A DNA stretch of 64,000 nt from Candidatus Latescibacterota bacterium (GCA_965217865.1 CBDCJO010000002.1:3296001-3360000), one strand, 5' to 3'; counted from the first letter of the stretch, positions 1 through 10,868 are shown. Numbers and translations: made by a program. The notes: generated from the sequence alone by a model not told the origin.

Positions 1-11
1 ATAAGGCTCTT

Positions 12-371
12 GTGGATGCTGTCAACAACGTGTATCAGGCATCCGGAAATATGACGTCCTTGAGTATTATGACCAATGCGTATTATGACTTACATGATAG
101 TGAAAAAATTATCCAGTATATTGGCGGCGGCATAGGATTTGCGCACGTATCCGTCAATGACGAAAGTGACACGGCCATCTCCGACAATATCGCTTATCAA
201 TTCATCGGTGGAGTTGGATACAATATCAGCGATATTACTACTTTCACAGTTGATTATCGTTACTTCTCCACAACGACTCTTGAGCTTGAGGAGTTATGGG
301 GATATGATTTCATGAGCAAAATCAATGTGGAAATCCACAGTGTCGAAATAGGATTACGATTTCATTTTTGA
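12..371 (+). CDS. Outer-membrane beta-barrel (OmpA/Opa-like) protein, probably C-terminal part
   Basis: Motifs 'MTNAYYD', 'YIGGGIGFA', 'AYQFIGGVGY', 'VDYRYF' and a C-terminal 'GLRFHF' with terminal Phe. Confidence 0.75.
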   Translation: MDAVNNVYQASGNMTSLSIMTNAYYDLHDSEKIIQYIGGGIGFAHVSVNDESDTAISDNIAYQFIGGVGYNISDITTFTVDYRYFSTTTLELEELWGYDFMSKINVEIHSVEIGLRFHF

Positions 372-433
372 CAAGGGCGGATCCAGCCAGGCCGTCAAGC
401 CTTTATCCTTATCCGTCGTCGTTTTCCGAATCT

Positions 434-3100
434 TCAGGGACGGGTGTGAAGGTAACCCCCATTCGTGTGACTGTTGCACTCCACTGTCCCGCTCCACTGT
501 CCCCCACTCGTCGGCACCGGACCAATCTCAGCGTCCGCGTCAGGCAGGGGGATCGCCATCCTCGCCCGTACCTCGACCCGGTAGCTGTCCATGTCGATCG
601 CCTCGAGAATGCCCTTTGACAGGTCCTGCTCCTCAGGCGCCGGCAACTTGGGCGTCAGGAAGGTTAGAAATATGGACAGCTTCTCCCATTCCGCGTTTGT
701 GTACGGCAGAATCGACGAGAGGAACCCATAAGTCCGCGTGAACACCTTCGTTTTGCCCTTGAAATCGACTTGGCCGTCCTCGTCGAGGTCGGATCTGTAG
801 ATCGCCACGCAGCCATCCAGGATCGGATCGATCCGGTCGCGGTCGGCTCCGCTCAAGTAGAGAGCGACGAGTTCCTCCACCTGATCCCGGTTGTAGACCT
901 GATAACCATCGAGGCCGGCCCTCAGGTCGTGTAGCTTGTCCGGATCGGTTTCTTCGCTGAGAATCGTGGTTCGATAGTAAGGTTCGAACGACGCTCCGAT
1001 GCCCTCGGCATCGTTCATGAAGTCCAGCACGAAAGTGTCGTGCTTCTGCGGACGCGCACGGTTCAATCGCGAGATCGTCTGAACCGCCTTGATGCCCGAG
1101 AGCACCTTGTCCACGTACATGGTGTGCAAGAGCGGCTCGTCGTAGCCGGTCTGGAACTTGTCGGCGCAAACCAGAAACCGGTAAGGGTCTTCCCGTATCC
1201 TGTCGGCAATCTTGCCAGACGGAAATCCATTGAGCGACGCCTCGGTGACCCTCCGTCCGCCGTATTCGTGCTCGCCCGAGAAGGCGACCACTGCCCGGTA
1301 GGGGCTCTTGCGTTCCTCCAGATACTCCTCGAAGGAGTGAAAATAACGGATCGCCCGTTGGATACCGTCGGTCACCACCATGGCCCGAGCATGGCCGCCG
1401 ATCTTAAGGCGCGCAATGACCTGATCGTGAAAGTGATCGACCATGATCTCCGCCTTCTGGCGGATGGCGTGCTCGTGCGATTCGATATATCTTCGAAGCT
1501 TCCTCTGTGCTCGTTTGGTGTCAAACAGAGGATCGTCCTCCACCGTCTTCATGAGCCGGCAATAGCTGTCCACCGGCGTGTAGTGCTCCAGCACATCCAG
1601 AATGAAGCCCTCCTGTATCGCCTGTTTCATCGTGTAGCTGTGGAATGGAACGTGCCCGACCTGCCCGCCCTTGGGTACGGGCTCTCCGAAAATCTCCAGC
1701 GTCTTGTTTTTCGGCGTTGCGGTAAACGCGAAGTAGCTGGCGTTGGGCAGCAGTCTCCTGGACTCCATCAGCCGGTTGATCTTGTCCTCGGTCGTCTCGT
1801 CTTCGTCCCCGGCACCGGCCGTCCCCAGGGCCATGGAGACCGCGGCGGACGTCCGGCCGCCCTGGCTCGAATGGGCTTCGTCGATGATGATGGCGAACCT
1901 GCGGCCTCGGTGTTCATCACCGATCTCGTCGAGAACGAACGGGAACTTCTGGACCGTCGTGATGATGATCTTCTTGCCGGTCTTCAAGAACGCTCGCAGG
2001 TCACCCGACCGCTCCGCATGGCCGACGACGGATTCCACCTGGGCGAACTGCCTGATCGTGTCACGGATCTGCCTGTCGAGCACCAGCCGGTCGGTGACAA
2101 CGATGATGGAGTCGAAAGTCGGTTTGCCGCCTGTTTCCAGTTCGATCATTTGGTGTGCGAGCCAGGCAATGGAGTTGCTCTTGCCCGATCCCGCCGAATG
2201 TTGGATCAGGTAGCGCTTGCCTGCGCCGGAAGCCTTCACGTCCGCCAGCAGCTTGCGAACCACGTCGAGTTGGTGGAAACGAGGGAAGATCTGCTTCGGG
2301 GCCTTCTTCCGGCCTTTGTCGTCCCTCTCCTCGACCACCTGGGCGTAGTTTTCGAGGATGTCCGTCAGGTTCCGCCTGGTCAGAACCTCCTTCCAGAAGT
2401 AGCCGGTCTTGAGGCCGGCGGGATTCGGCGGATTGCCCCCACCGTCGTTCCAACCCTGGTTGAAAGGCAGGAACCACGATCCCTCGCCTTTGAGGTGGGT
2501 GCACATCCGCACCTCGTGATCGTCCACCGCGAAATGGACGGCGCAGCCGCCGAACCGGAAAAGCAGTTCCCTCGGGTCGCGGTCGCGCTTGTACTGCTCG
2601 ATGGCGTCCTCGACGGTCTGCTTCGTCAGGCTGTTCTTGAGCTCGAACGTAGCGACCGGCAGGCCGTTGACGAAGAGCGCCACGTCGAGCGACAGCCTGG
2701 TTTCGTCCTTCGAGTAGTGCAGCTGGCGCGTGACGCTGAAGACGTTCGCGGCGAACAACTCCTCCGCCCTGGCGTTGCCGGGAGACGGCGTGCCAAAGAA
2801 GAACTCGACAGAACAAGGACCGTGCTTCACGCCGTTGCGCAGTACGTCGATGACGCCGCGTTTGGCGATCTGGCCCTGAAGGCGGTGGAGGAACTGGACG
2901 CGCTGCGGGCCATCCGTGCCGATGCCGAGCGTCTCGACGGTCTCTGGCTGCGTGGCGATCAGGAAGGCGAGAAGCTTGGCCAGGTCGACGGCATGGTCGC
3001 GGTCATAGTCCCTCGGGTCCCCGGCGGCATAGCCGGCCTCGTCGATCAGCGAGCGGACGATGAGCGATTCCAGGCCTTTCTCGCTGGTGTCAGTCGTCAC
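434..3100 (-). CDS. hsdR: Type I restriction endonuclease subunit R, C-terminally truncated
   Basis: 'TFELKN' nuclease motif, 'QHSAGSGKS' Walker A, 'IIDEAH', 'FTATP', 'QTISRLNR'. After 'PVPTSGG' (~505) the frame runs into a dispersed repeat. Confidence 0.9.
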   Translation of the reverse strand: MTTDTSEKGLESLIVRSLIDEAGYAAGDPRDYDRDHAVDLAKLLAFLIATQPETVETLGIGTDGPQRVQFLHRLQGQIAKRGVIDVLRNGVKHGPCSVEFFFGTPSPGNARAEELFAANVFSVTRQLHYSKDETRLSLDVALFVNGLPVATFELKNSLTKQTVEDAIEQYKRDRDPRELLFRFGGCAVHFAVDDHEVRMCTHLKGEGSWFLPFNQGWNDGGGNPPNPAGLKTGYFWKEVLTRRNLTDILENYAQVVEERDDKGRKKAPKQIFPRFHQLDVVRKLLADVKASGAGKRYLIQHSAGSGKSNSIAWLAHQMIELETGGKPTFDSIIVVTDRLVLDRQIRDTIRQFAQVESVVGHAERSGDLRAFLKTGKKIIITTVQKFPFVLDEIGDEHRGRRFAIIIDEAHSSQGGRTSAAVSMALGTAGAGDEDETTEDKINRLMESRRLLPNASYFAFTATPKNKTLEIFGEPVPKGGQVGHVPFHSYTMKQAIQEGFILDVLEHYTPVDSYCRLMKTVEDDPLFDTKRAQRKLRRYIESHEHAIRQKAEIMVDHFHDQVIARLKIGGHARAMVVTDGIQRAIRYFHSFEEYLEERKSPYRAVVAFSGEHEYGGRRVTEASLNGFPSGKIADRIREDPYRFLVCADKFQTGYDEPLLHTMYVDKVLSGIKAVQTISRLNRARPQKHDTFVLDFMNDAEGIGASFEPYYRTTILSEETDPDKLHDLRAGLDGYQVYNRDQVEELVALYLSGADRDRIDPILDGCVAIYRSDLDEDGQVDFKGKTKVFTRTYGFLSSILPYTNAEWEKLSIFLTFLTPKLPAPEEQDLSKGILEAIDMDSYRVEVRARMAIPLPDADAEIGPVPTSGGQWSGTVECNSHTNGGYLHTRP
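456..505. repeat. Dispersed repeat R4 (CCCCATTCGTGTGACTG...CTCCACTGTCCCGCTCCAC), short copy
   Basis: Same sequence at ~18528-18585 and ~51097-51152. Confidence 0.8.
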
Positions 3101-4469
3101 GACAGGCCTCCTCCATCACCTCTGCCTCGTCTGGTTCCGTCCCCTCTTCCAGGTCGTTGGTTCCGTCGAATGCGGGCTCTTCCCCAGACCCCGGAATCTC
3201 AACATCACGCACGTCGAGCCTGCCGCTCACGACGTCGCCGATCAGGCGGGTGCGATATTCGCGCAGCAGCTCGATTTGGCGGCGGGCGCGGTCAACCGCG
3301 GTGTCAATGTCGGCGGTGGCCTTGTCGAGATAGCGGACGATGGCGGCTTGCTCGGGGAGGGGTGGGAGGGATTGTTTCATACCACCAACAAACTGCCAAT
3401 CAGCACGGGGCATCTTGGCACCAAAAGTCGAAGCGCTGATTGCATCGACAATCGGTTTTGATCGAAGAAGGTATTTCAGATAGTTTGACATCAGGTCACC
3501 ATCACGGGGGCGTAACACTAGAAACTCCCCGACGCAAACCCCTTTGCGATCAGGTCGTGTGGCCTTTGCCAAGTAGGGCCGTAGCTTGCCGAAAAGTACA
3601 TCTCCGGCCCGGAATCGTTTTACGTTACCATCAAAGCCAACGTCCTGTCCGGCTTCACGAAACCTGCCAGTCCAACTCTCGACGTGTTCGAGAGCAATGT
3701 AAATTTCATCAGCCCCACGCTCGCTAGCTTGGTCAACAATATTTGCTACATACCCTTTAAGGCGAGCCACCTCCCAATGCTCTGGCACGTCGCCGAGCCA
3801 CTCGACGCCGGAGGGCTTGAGGGGAACGTCGGGATCCAGGCCGCGGGTGACGGCGCGGTGGATGACGGCCTGCTTCTGCTCCTCAAGCAACTTGATCAGC
3901 TTCTGCTTGGCGCGGATGTAGGCCCTGATGCGTTCGTCGGTGTGGTCGAGATAGCGGACGATGGTGGCTTGCTCGGGGAGGGGGGGGAGAACCAACGACT
4001 GGTTTCCAATATCACCTACGCTGACAGCGTCGTACGTGGATCCAGTGGAAACCAACTTCAAACCATGACCAAGTGTTTCGAGTTGGTAGTGAGAGAATCC
4101 AGTGTGGGAAATTCTCTCGTTTGAGGTAATAGCACAAAGTCCCCGACCAATGCCATATTCCTGATCGGCTGTGTTTAGCTTGCCGACAGGTGCGCGAACT
4201 GACATAAGTATCGCACCCATCGGACTGATTCTTGATGGAGCACGACAAAATTGCACAGGATTCGGGTGATGCGCCCCGAACTCCGCACAGCCTTGCAAGA
4301 ATGGTGGGCCGATGCGCTCGTCACTGCAATCGTTCGAGGATGGAGACTGACCCATAAGTAGCGTCACTGAGTATTTCAATCGCCGCACCTCCCAATGCTC
4401 TGGCACGTCGCCGAGCCACTCGACGCCGGAGGGTTTGTAGGAGGGGTAGGAGTGGAGGTCTCTAATCAC
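3090..4469 (-). CDS. hsdS: Type I R-M specificity subunit S
   Basis: Twice-repeated 'KPSGVEWLGDVPEHWEV' and 'LPPLPEQ' conserved regions flanking two lower-GC TRDs. Confidence 0.93.
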   Translation of the reverse strand: MIRDLHSYPSYKPSGVEWLGDVPEHWEVRRLKYSVTLLMGQSPSSNDCSDERIGPPFLQGCAEFGAHHPNPVQFCRAPSRISPMGAILMSVRAPVGKLNTADQEYGIGRGLCAITSNERISHTGFSHYQLETLGHGLKLVSTGSTYDAVSVGDIGNQSLVLPPLPEQATIVRYLDHTDERIRAYIRAKQKLIKLLEEQKQAVIHRAVTRGLDPDVPLKPSGVEWLGDVPEHWEVARLKGYVANIVDQASERGADEIYIALEHVESWTGRFREAGQDVGFDGNVKRFRAGDVLFGKLRPYLAKATRPDRKGVCVGEFLVLRPRDGDLMSNYLKYLLRSKPIVDAISASTFGAKMPRADWQFVGGMKQSLPPLPEQAAIVRYLDKATADIDTAVDRARRQIELLREYRTRLIGDVVSGRLDVRDVEIPGSGEEPAFDGTNDLEEGTEPDEAEVMEEACRDD

Positions 4470-5271
4470 GGAATGCTCTCAACCCGGTCGTCACGTAACC
4501 ATCCAGCTTCCGATGGAGGAGTGAAATCAGAGTGAAGTAGTCCGCTGCATCATCTTCACCCTTCCAGAGTATCTTCGGTTCGTGCGCGCGAGGGTTCCTG
4601 ACGGCCGCAAGGCAACCCTTCAGCAGCTCAGCAAATCCCCGGTGTTCACTCTTTTCCGTCTCGGTTTGCAACGAGTTGAACGCCAGCACTGGCCGGCTGG
4701 TAGAGAAGACCCGATCCACAAGGGTCGCTCCGTCCCCATCAACTCCCGACATCTCGCGAATCCGTTGCGCCAGCCCTTTGGTCGCCTCGAAGACAGCATG
4801 GAAGTAGTCGTCCTGCATAAGTTCAGCGCGACAGTACTTCATTACTTCCGGATGGATGCGCCGCCCCTGAAACTTTGCCTGGATCGTGTCTGCTCGCCGC
4901 TCTGCCTCGCCCAGCGTCTGTGCAGCCCGGCGCTTCCGGAAATTCCCGTCAGATCCGTACTCAAGCCCTGAGAATGCCAAGATTGTGTTCAGTGCTTGAC
5001 GGTGCGGTTCGAATTCCTCATTCCTGCCAACGAAACGGGCAGGCGTAAGGAAAGCCTTAATGAAGTTGAGTGTTTGGTTGGCGCACCTGTCCCTGTTCTG
5101 GACATCGAGGAATACCCAATAGAGCCTCCGCCATTTGGTGGATTCTCCCGAGCCATCAATCAGCCCGCAATGAGCCAGCATACGAGTGATATCCGGTCCA
5201 GTACCGCAATCACCGAGCAGTTTTGCCAACGACTCGATCTGACCTGCGGGGAACGAAGGAACCATGCTCAT
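4462..5271 (-). CDS. TIGR02391-family protein
   Basis: 'IHPEV...YFHAVFEATK...DGATLVDRVFS...SEHRGF...RNPRAH'. ATG at 5271 overlaps the hsdM stop (ATGA). Confidence 0.8.
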   Translation of the reverse strand: MSMVPSFPAGQIESLAKLLGDCGTGPDITRMLAHCGLIDGSGESTKWRRLYWVFLDVQNRDRCANQTLNFIKAFLTPARFVGRNEEFEPHRQALNTILAFSGLEYGSDGNFRKRRAAQTLGEAERRADTIQAKFQGRRIHPEVMKYCRAELMQDDYFHAVFEATKGLAQRIREMSGVDGDGATLVDRVFSTSRPVLAFNSLQTETEKSEHRGFAELLKGCLAAVRNPRAHEPKILWKGEDDAADYFTLISLLHRKLDGYVTTGLRAFRD

Positions 5272-7232
5272 CTTTCCATTGTCCCAATAATCTTTTCGAG
5301 CAACCCCTCCGTCTCCTGCTCCAGCGCCAGAATTTCCGCCCGGATCTCCTCCAGCTTGCGCAACGGCTGTGGCTTGTAGAAGTATCGGGTGAAGCTGACC
5401 TCGTAGCCGGTCTTGATGCTGTCCGGCACAAACCATGCGTCAGGCGCATAGGGCAGCACTTCTCGGCGCAGGAACGCCTCGATTCCGCCCTCCTCCAACA
5501 GCGGGATTTGCTCGGTGTCACGCAGCTCAGTGTCGGGTTCGTACTCGACGACGACGGGCTTGCCCTTGACGGTGGCTGCGAACAGACCGCGCACGGGGTC
5601 GGGCTCGGTGCCCTTCCTGAGGATCTTCTTGATGACCGGAGGCGCGGTCTCCGAACGCCCGGCTTCCTCCTTGAGCGCCTTGATCTCTTTGGCAGTGCAG
5701 GCGCGCTCGGGGTCGATCCCCTCAAGGCGTAACGGCCGATCGACCGTTACCTTCCGGTAGCCGAAGGCCCGGTTCGGGAAGATCTTGGACTGCCCGGTTT
5801 CCTCGAACGCAAGAAACACGTCGCAGATGCGCCGGATGTCCTCGCCCGACAGTTCGCAGTTCTTCTTGCCGAGGTTCCTGCGCAGCGGCTTGAACCACTT
5901 GGTGGCGTCAATGAGTTGGACCTTGCCCCGGCGATGCTCCGGCTTGCGGTTGCCGAGCACCCAGATATAGGTCGCGATGCCCGTGTTGTAGAACATGTTG
6001 AGTGGCAACGCGACGACGGCCTCCAACCAGTCGTTCTCGATGATCCAGCGCCGGATGTTGCTCTCGCCCTGGCCGGCGTCGCCGGTGAACAGGGAACTGC
6101 CGTTGTGGACCTCGGCGATGCGGCTGCCCAACCTGGTGCCGTGTTTCATCTTGCTCAGCATGTTGGCCAGAAACAGCATCTGGCCGTCGCTGGAGCGGGT
6201 GATCAGCGAGTACTCCGGATCACCGGCGTGCCCGGTGACGAAGCGCCGGTCGCGCATGTCTTTCCTCCCACCCATGCGCTCAAGATCAGTCTTCCAGGAC
6301 TTGCCGTAGGGTGGATTTGAGAGCATGAAGTCAAATTCCCGGGACGGGAATGCATCTCCGGACAGGGTCGAGCCGAACTTCATGTTCTCGGCCTCGTTTC
6401 CCTCACCCTTCAGGATGAGATCGGCCTTGCTGATGGCGAAGGTCTCGGGGTTTACCTCCTGTCCGTAGAGGTGAACAGACACCTCCCTGCCGTTCTCTGC
6501 GGCGAGCTTGACGAGCGTCTCTTCGGCAACGGTCAGCATCCCGCCGGTGCCACAGGCGCCGTCATAGACGAGATAGGTGCCTGACCGAATCTTGTCTGCG
6601 ATGGGCGCAAGGATCAGACGGGACATCAGCTCCACGACGTCACGCGGAGTAAAATGCTCTCCGGCTTCCTCGTTGTTCTCTTCGTTGAAGCGACGGATCA
6701 ACTCCTCGAAGATCGTCCCCATGGAGTGATTGTCGAGTCCGGGAAGGCGAATGGAGCCATCCTGGTGCAAGACGGGTTTCGGACTCAGATTGATCGAGCT
6801 GTCGATGAACTTCTCGATCAGGAATCCAAGCGCGCCGGCTTCGATCAGGGTGGGAATCTGATTACGGAACTGAAACTTGGTGAGGACCTCCTGGACGTTC
6901 GGGGAGAAGCCGTCCAGGAAAGCCTCGAAATCGGCTCTGAGTTGCTGTTGCTTGCCCCGGGAGGCGAGATCACGCAGGCGGAAGGAGGACGTGTTATAGA
7001 AGGCCTGGCCGGACGCCTGGCAGAGCGCAGCATGCTGATTGGCGACGCCGGCCCTGTCGAGTTGCCCTTTCATCTTGAGCACGGCCTCTTTGGTCGGCTC
7101 GAGCACCGCATCCAGACGCCGAATGACCGTCATCGGCAGAATGACGTCTCGATACTTGCCCCGAACATAGACGTCGCGCAGCACATCGTCAGCGATGTTC
7201 CAGATGAAGTTGCCGATATTCAGGCTGCTCAT
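5268..7232 (-). CDS. hsdM: Type I R-M methyltransferase subunit M
   Basis: 'GEHFTPRDVV', 'YDGACGTGGML', 'SNPPYG'. Confidence 0.95.
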   Translation of the reverse strand: MSSLNIGNFIWNIADDVLRDVYVRGKYRDVILPMTVIRRLDAVLEPTKEAVLKMKGQLDRAGVANQHAALCQASGQAFYNTSSFRLRDLASRGKQQQLRADFEAFLDGFSPNVQEVLTKFQFRNQIPTLIEAGALGFLIEKFIDSSINLSPKPVLHQDGSIRLPGLDNHSMGTIFEELIRRFNEENNEEAGEHFTPRDVVELMSRLILAPIADKIRSGTYLVYDGACGTGGMLTVAEETLVKLAAENGREVSVHLYGQEVNPETFAISKADLILKGEGNEAENMKFGSTLSGDAFPSREFDFMLSNPPYGKSWKTDLERMGGRKDMRDRRFVTGHAGDPEYSLITRSSDGQMLFLANMLSKMKHGTRLGSRIAEVHNGSSLFTGDAGQGESNIRRWIIENDWLEAVVALPLNMFYNTGIATYIWVLGNRKPEHRRGKVQLIDATKWFKPLRRNLGKKNCELSGEDIRRICDVFLAFEETGQSKIFPNRAFGYRKVTVDRPLRLEGIDPERACTAKEIKALKEEAGRSETAPPVIKKILRKGTEPDPVRGLFAATVKGKPVVVEYEPDTELRDTEQIPLLEEGGIEAFLRREVLPYAPDAWFVPDSIKTGYEVSFTRYFYKPQPLRKLEEIRAEILALEQETEGLLEKIIGTMER

Positions 7233-7420
7233 GCTTTGTCTCCTTCAACCGCTTGGCCTGCGCCAGCCCTTTCTTGCAGGTCGATCCATCCGTCAGGGTC
7301 CGAGGGTTTGAATCTCCATGCGCCGGCTGCCTCGAAGTCCGGCAACTCGACCCGCTGGGCCAACCGGTAGACCTTCTTCTCTTCGACGTTCAGGCGCCCT
7401 GCCAAGTCCCGGACGGTCAT
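7229..7420 (-). CDS. Excisionase-like HTH DNA-binding protein heading the R-M operon (5' end possibly frameshifted from ATG 7445)
   Basis: 'TVRDLAGRLNVEEKKVYRLAQ...GAWRF' HTH_17-like pattern; stop overlaps the hsdM start. Confidence 0.7.
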   Translation of the reverse strand: MTVRDLAGRLNVEEKKVYRLAQRVELPDFEAAGAWRFKPSDPDGWIDLQERAGAGQAVEGDKA

Positions 7421-8003
7421 GAGCCCGGATCGATACGTCTGCCATGATGGAGTCCTCTTTGTAGTCGACAAATATAGCAAGGAATGACCGTTTGAACCAG
7501 TTCAAATTCAGGCGGGCCGGATACATGGCCCGTCGGGAGAGTTCCTGGGGCTCCATCCGTTGGAGATCGCAAGCGGATCGTCAGATCGCCGAGACGAGCG
7601 GTCAGGTGATCTCTGACAATCGGGAGATGGTCAAGGTGGTTTGCCCCGGTCCAGGGGAAGTGCTTGATTGTGAAACTGCACGACAGAAATACGAGTGACG
7701 ATTTGCCGAACGCCGTGCTACAACATTACCGCAATCTCCAGCACCATAGAAATACGATACTGGAGGGTGTTCGCACTATTGCTTTCCGCAATATGAACCA
7801 TTTGTTTTGTACCATGTCCCGAGTGGGTGTCAATACATTTGAGAATGATCGAGAAATCGATGTCTCATACGACATGATTTTCGAAGATCAGGAAATAGAC
7901 GCGGACGCGAACTGCCGCTCAACAGTAGAGTATATAAGTATGATTCCTTGGGGAATATACTTATCATGTTGGCCACAATTAAGGTAACATGGTGATATCA
8001 GTT

Positions 8004-8200
8004 TCAATTGGCGGCATATCGTACTGAATTCTCATGGAAGTACCGCATAACCAAGGAAGGGTTATCCCGGAGATGGTTCAGATAAATGCGGAGATTTCGC
8101 ATCAACGCCGGTCGGTTGCGCGCGCGTTTTCGGCCAACGGCGTTAGCCTTGACGTCCTGGTTAAGCATCTCATCCGGGTTCAGATCCGGACTGTAGGCCG
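8004..8200 (-). pseudogene. IS630-family transposase C-terminal fragment
   Basis: 'AYSPDLNPDEMLNQDVK...YFHENSVRYAA'. Confidence 0.8.
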
Positions 8201-8244
8201 GGCCGACGGCGGCAGTCGGCACGCTCAGCCTCCTGGATGCCGGG

Positions 8245-8480
8245 ATCACCGGAAACCGTTTCGGCTTCCAGTGGCTGGCCGGCGTGGACTACGCCCTGGG
8301 AGAGAAGATATCGATCGAGGTGAAAGTGCGCTGGGCAAGATTCGACGAAATGAGCGGCAGCGTCCGGTGGGACCTGATCCGGAGTCACGCGCTGGTCAGG
8401 GCGGACGGTGAGACCCCGTTCACGGGTCAGTTGAACCTCGACGGGATCGAGTATCGGGGAGTGACTCTGGGGTTGAAACA
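8245..8480 (+). pseudogene. Outer-membrane beta-barrel fragment
   Basis: 'FGFQWLAGVDYALGEKISIEVKVRW...GVTLGLK' alternating beta-strand pattern. Confidence 0.45.
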
Positions 8481-8779
8481 CTGCTTCTGGGCGGCATGCA
8501 CGGCTGCCCCTGTAGCGTCAGGCGCAACGCCGACTGGAACCGCCGCCATCACGATCTGTCCCATCGCGAGGTCCCTTGACACCGGGTAATTCTCAAATCA
8601 CGTGCTCCCGGCGCAGTTTCCGGATCTCCGACAGCCGGTAGCCGGTCAGCATCAGGAGACGGATCGCGGCCACCGCTCAGGACAGTCCCTTGTGATGCCG
8701 CACGTTGACGCCTTCCCGGTCGATGAACCGGAGTGTGGTGCCCGGAGCCGAAGGATGAACGCGTGGTGATACGGAGCAG

Positions 8780-8882
8780 TGTGTCGTGGTACGTATTTCC
8801 TGAGTCGCCAGGACAAGCGAGGTGAGCCGGGAGAGCATCCGGATCCTTGGAGACGCACTTGCGCAGGCCCGGCTATTCCTTT
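8780..8882 (-). pseudogene. IS256-family transposase fragment
   Basis: Nucleotide similarity to the IS256 remnant at ~29088-29190 (aaggaata...ggcgactcaggaaatacgt). Confidence 0.65.
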
Positions 8883-9346
8883 GTGGTGATTGCCGTCAGA
8901 ATACTGAAGGGCAAGCGTTCTTCGGCGAGCGTCGCCCACATTTTGCGCTGCTGGTGCCAGTGGGGGACGGCGGCGATGGGACGGACGTCCTTCTCGCAGA
9001 TCGGGTCGCGGCCCCGGAGCGTGCGGGGCAGGAATAGCAGCGTTTCCTGAATGTCGGGCGCCAGATGGAGCAGGTTCATGATCTGCGTGATCCTCGCCCG
9101 GGTCACGCAGCCGAGGCGCGCCAGGTCCGCATAGTCCCGCACGTCGCCCCGCCGGACCAGTTCCTCGAACCGTATCGCCAGGGCCGTCAGTCTCGATATG
9201 CGAGGTATATTCCCCGGCTCGACATTCCGGTCCTGATCCGTGTGGCGGCAGCCGTTGTTCCGGCCGTTTCCGGGCTGGAACGTGAAGGACACTTCCAGGG
9301 GGCCGGGTCCGGCCCGGGTCGCATCGGATGCGCGACCGCTCATCGC
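8873..9346 (-). CDS. Recombinase-associated hypothetical protein (HTH-like)
   Basis: 'IPRISRLTALAIRFEELVRRG...YADLARLGCVTRARITQIMNLLHLAPDIQE', a type usually found downstream of large serine recombinases; partial duplicate at 15781-16127. Confidence 0.65.
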   Translation of the reverse strand, partial: AMSGRASDATRAGPGPLEVSFTFQPGNGRNNGCRHTDQDRNVEPGNIPRISRLTALAIRFEELVRRGDVRDYADLARLGCVTRARITQIMNLLHLAPDIQETLLFLPRTLRGRDPICEKDVRPIAAVPHWHQQRKMWATLAEERLPFSILTAITTKE

Positions 9347-9822
9347 ATGACCTCCTGACCGTCGAGACCCGCCTTCCGGCACAGCGCCTCGATGCCGGGT
9401 GGGCGAAAGGTGACGGTTACCGTGCCGTCCCGTCCGTCGTAGCCGACCCGCTCGATGAGCAGCCGGAGTCTCCGGGCCTGCTCCCTCGGGGCCAGCGCCG
9501 TCCAGACCGGGTCGAAGACCTCCAGGGCCCGGGCCAGGTCGCTTTCATCCACGGCTTCCCGCTCAAGAGCGGGAGCCTCTTCCCGGAGAGCGGTCAGCCG
9601 CTGTTCCCGCGCTTTGGCCACCGTGGCCGCCACGGCCTGTTGGTTCATCCCGATGCCGCGGACGTGCTCCACCACCGCGGTTTCGATCTGGTGGGCGTTG
9701 AGGGACCTGCCCGGACACGACGACCGGCCCCGCTGCCGGGCACTCCGGCAGACGTAATACCGGTAGCGCTTCTCCTTCTTGAGAGTATAAGTGTGCGCCA
9801 TGCCCGTCCCGCACGGCGTGCA
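9340..9822 (-). pseudogene. Large serine recombinase, C-terminal fragment (Zn ribbon + coiled coil)
   Basis: 'CTPCGTGM...YRYYVC...C...IETAVVEHV...WTALAPREQARRLRLLIERV'; catalytic N-terminus absent. Confidence 0.8.
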
Positions 9823-10868
9823 GCTAGGGGGACAGTAATCTTACGCAGATTGGTGCCATTAATCTTTTTCATGCTCGCGCTAGTTCCGGCTGCATAGCTT
9901 TGAATCTGCCTTCTACAATTCGGCGTTCTTAGGCACTGTTCGATGAACAGGGGGTCGATGGCAGATTGGTCAAAGGAAAGTCTCATCATAGTGTCTGGAT
10001 AGGAGATATCTTTCCGGGCTTCCGAGAATACTGCCGGGAGACCGACTAGGTCGCGCGTGTTAGATCTGGACACCACAAGATCACCGCAATCAATAAGTGC
10101 GGCCTTCATGGCAGGTGACCCTTCAACAGGCTTGAGTTGCCCCGGTACGTATCCCCAGCGAGAGATCGCGCTAAGCGCCAAGACCCAGTGCCCAGTAGGA
10201 TCCGATGTCACGGGAGCGGAACAGCCATTCTGCGGAGAGCGAAGCAACAAATCGCCGAGTGACGTTGCTGTGGCATTACGGGAGTTGAGCTTCGACTCGA
10301 AAATGGCCGACTGTGCAACGCGCATTGAAGTAAGCAGCCTGAAAAGCGTTGCAGACACCTGTCCTATTGCCTGCAGCGCCTCCACAATCCGCCGCTGCTC
10401 GTCCAGCGGCGGCAGGGCGAACTCGTAGGACGCGAGACTCTTCCAGTTGGTTCGCGGTGACAGCGAACCGGCTGACGTTCCGATCGCGTGCTCGAAGAAG
10501 CCATCCGTCTGGCAGATGAACGGAAGTAGGTCCGGCAGTAGATGGTGCTCGTTCGTCGATTCGAAGACGTAAATGTCACCGCTGCAAACGCCGCCGAAGT
10601 CCGGGACGGCGACCTTGCGTTGATAGGCGCGCCGCTTTCCAAACAGCACGTGTCCGGGTCGAAAGACGCTTGTGAACGTCGTGCCGGCGGCCACGTCGCC
10701 CCAGCGTCGAATCGTCAGATCTCCAGGATCCAGGTGCTCCAGACCCACGTAGCGAGCAAAGCCGGCAGCCTCAGGATCGGGCGCCCGTGCGGCACTCAGT
10801 CGGACGACATCTCCGAACGCCACGCGCGTCCAGCCGGGCTTGAGTGTGTCGCTACCCACCCTACCCAT
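9823..10868 (-). pseudogene. hsdS: Type I R-M specificity subunit S, 3' end lost by fusion to the recombinase fragment
   Basis: 'GWTRVAFGDV', 'VLFGKRRAYQRKVAV', 'LPPLDEQRRIV'; second TRD ends at 'LRKITVP' without the final conserved helix. Confidence 0.85.

Noticed and set aside
1040-3439. 799-aa plus-strand ORF
   Set aside because: Antisense shadow of hsdR in high-GC DNA; no motifs. The same applies to the long antisense ORFs over hsdM, hflKC, DUF362 and the transposases.
3740-4440. Direct repeats within hsdS as a phase-variation shufflon
   Set aside because: These are the normal duplicated conserved regions of HsdS; no inverted silent TRDs or invertase nearby.
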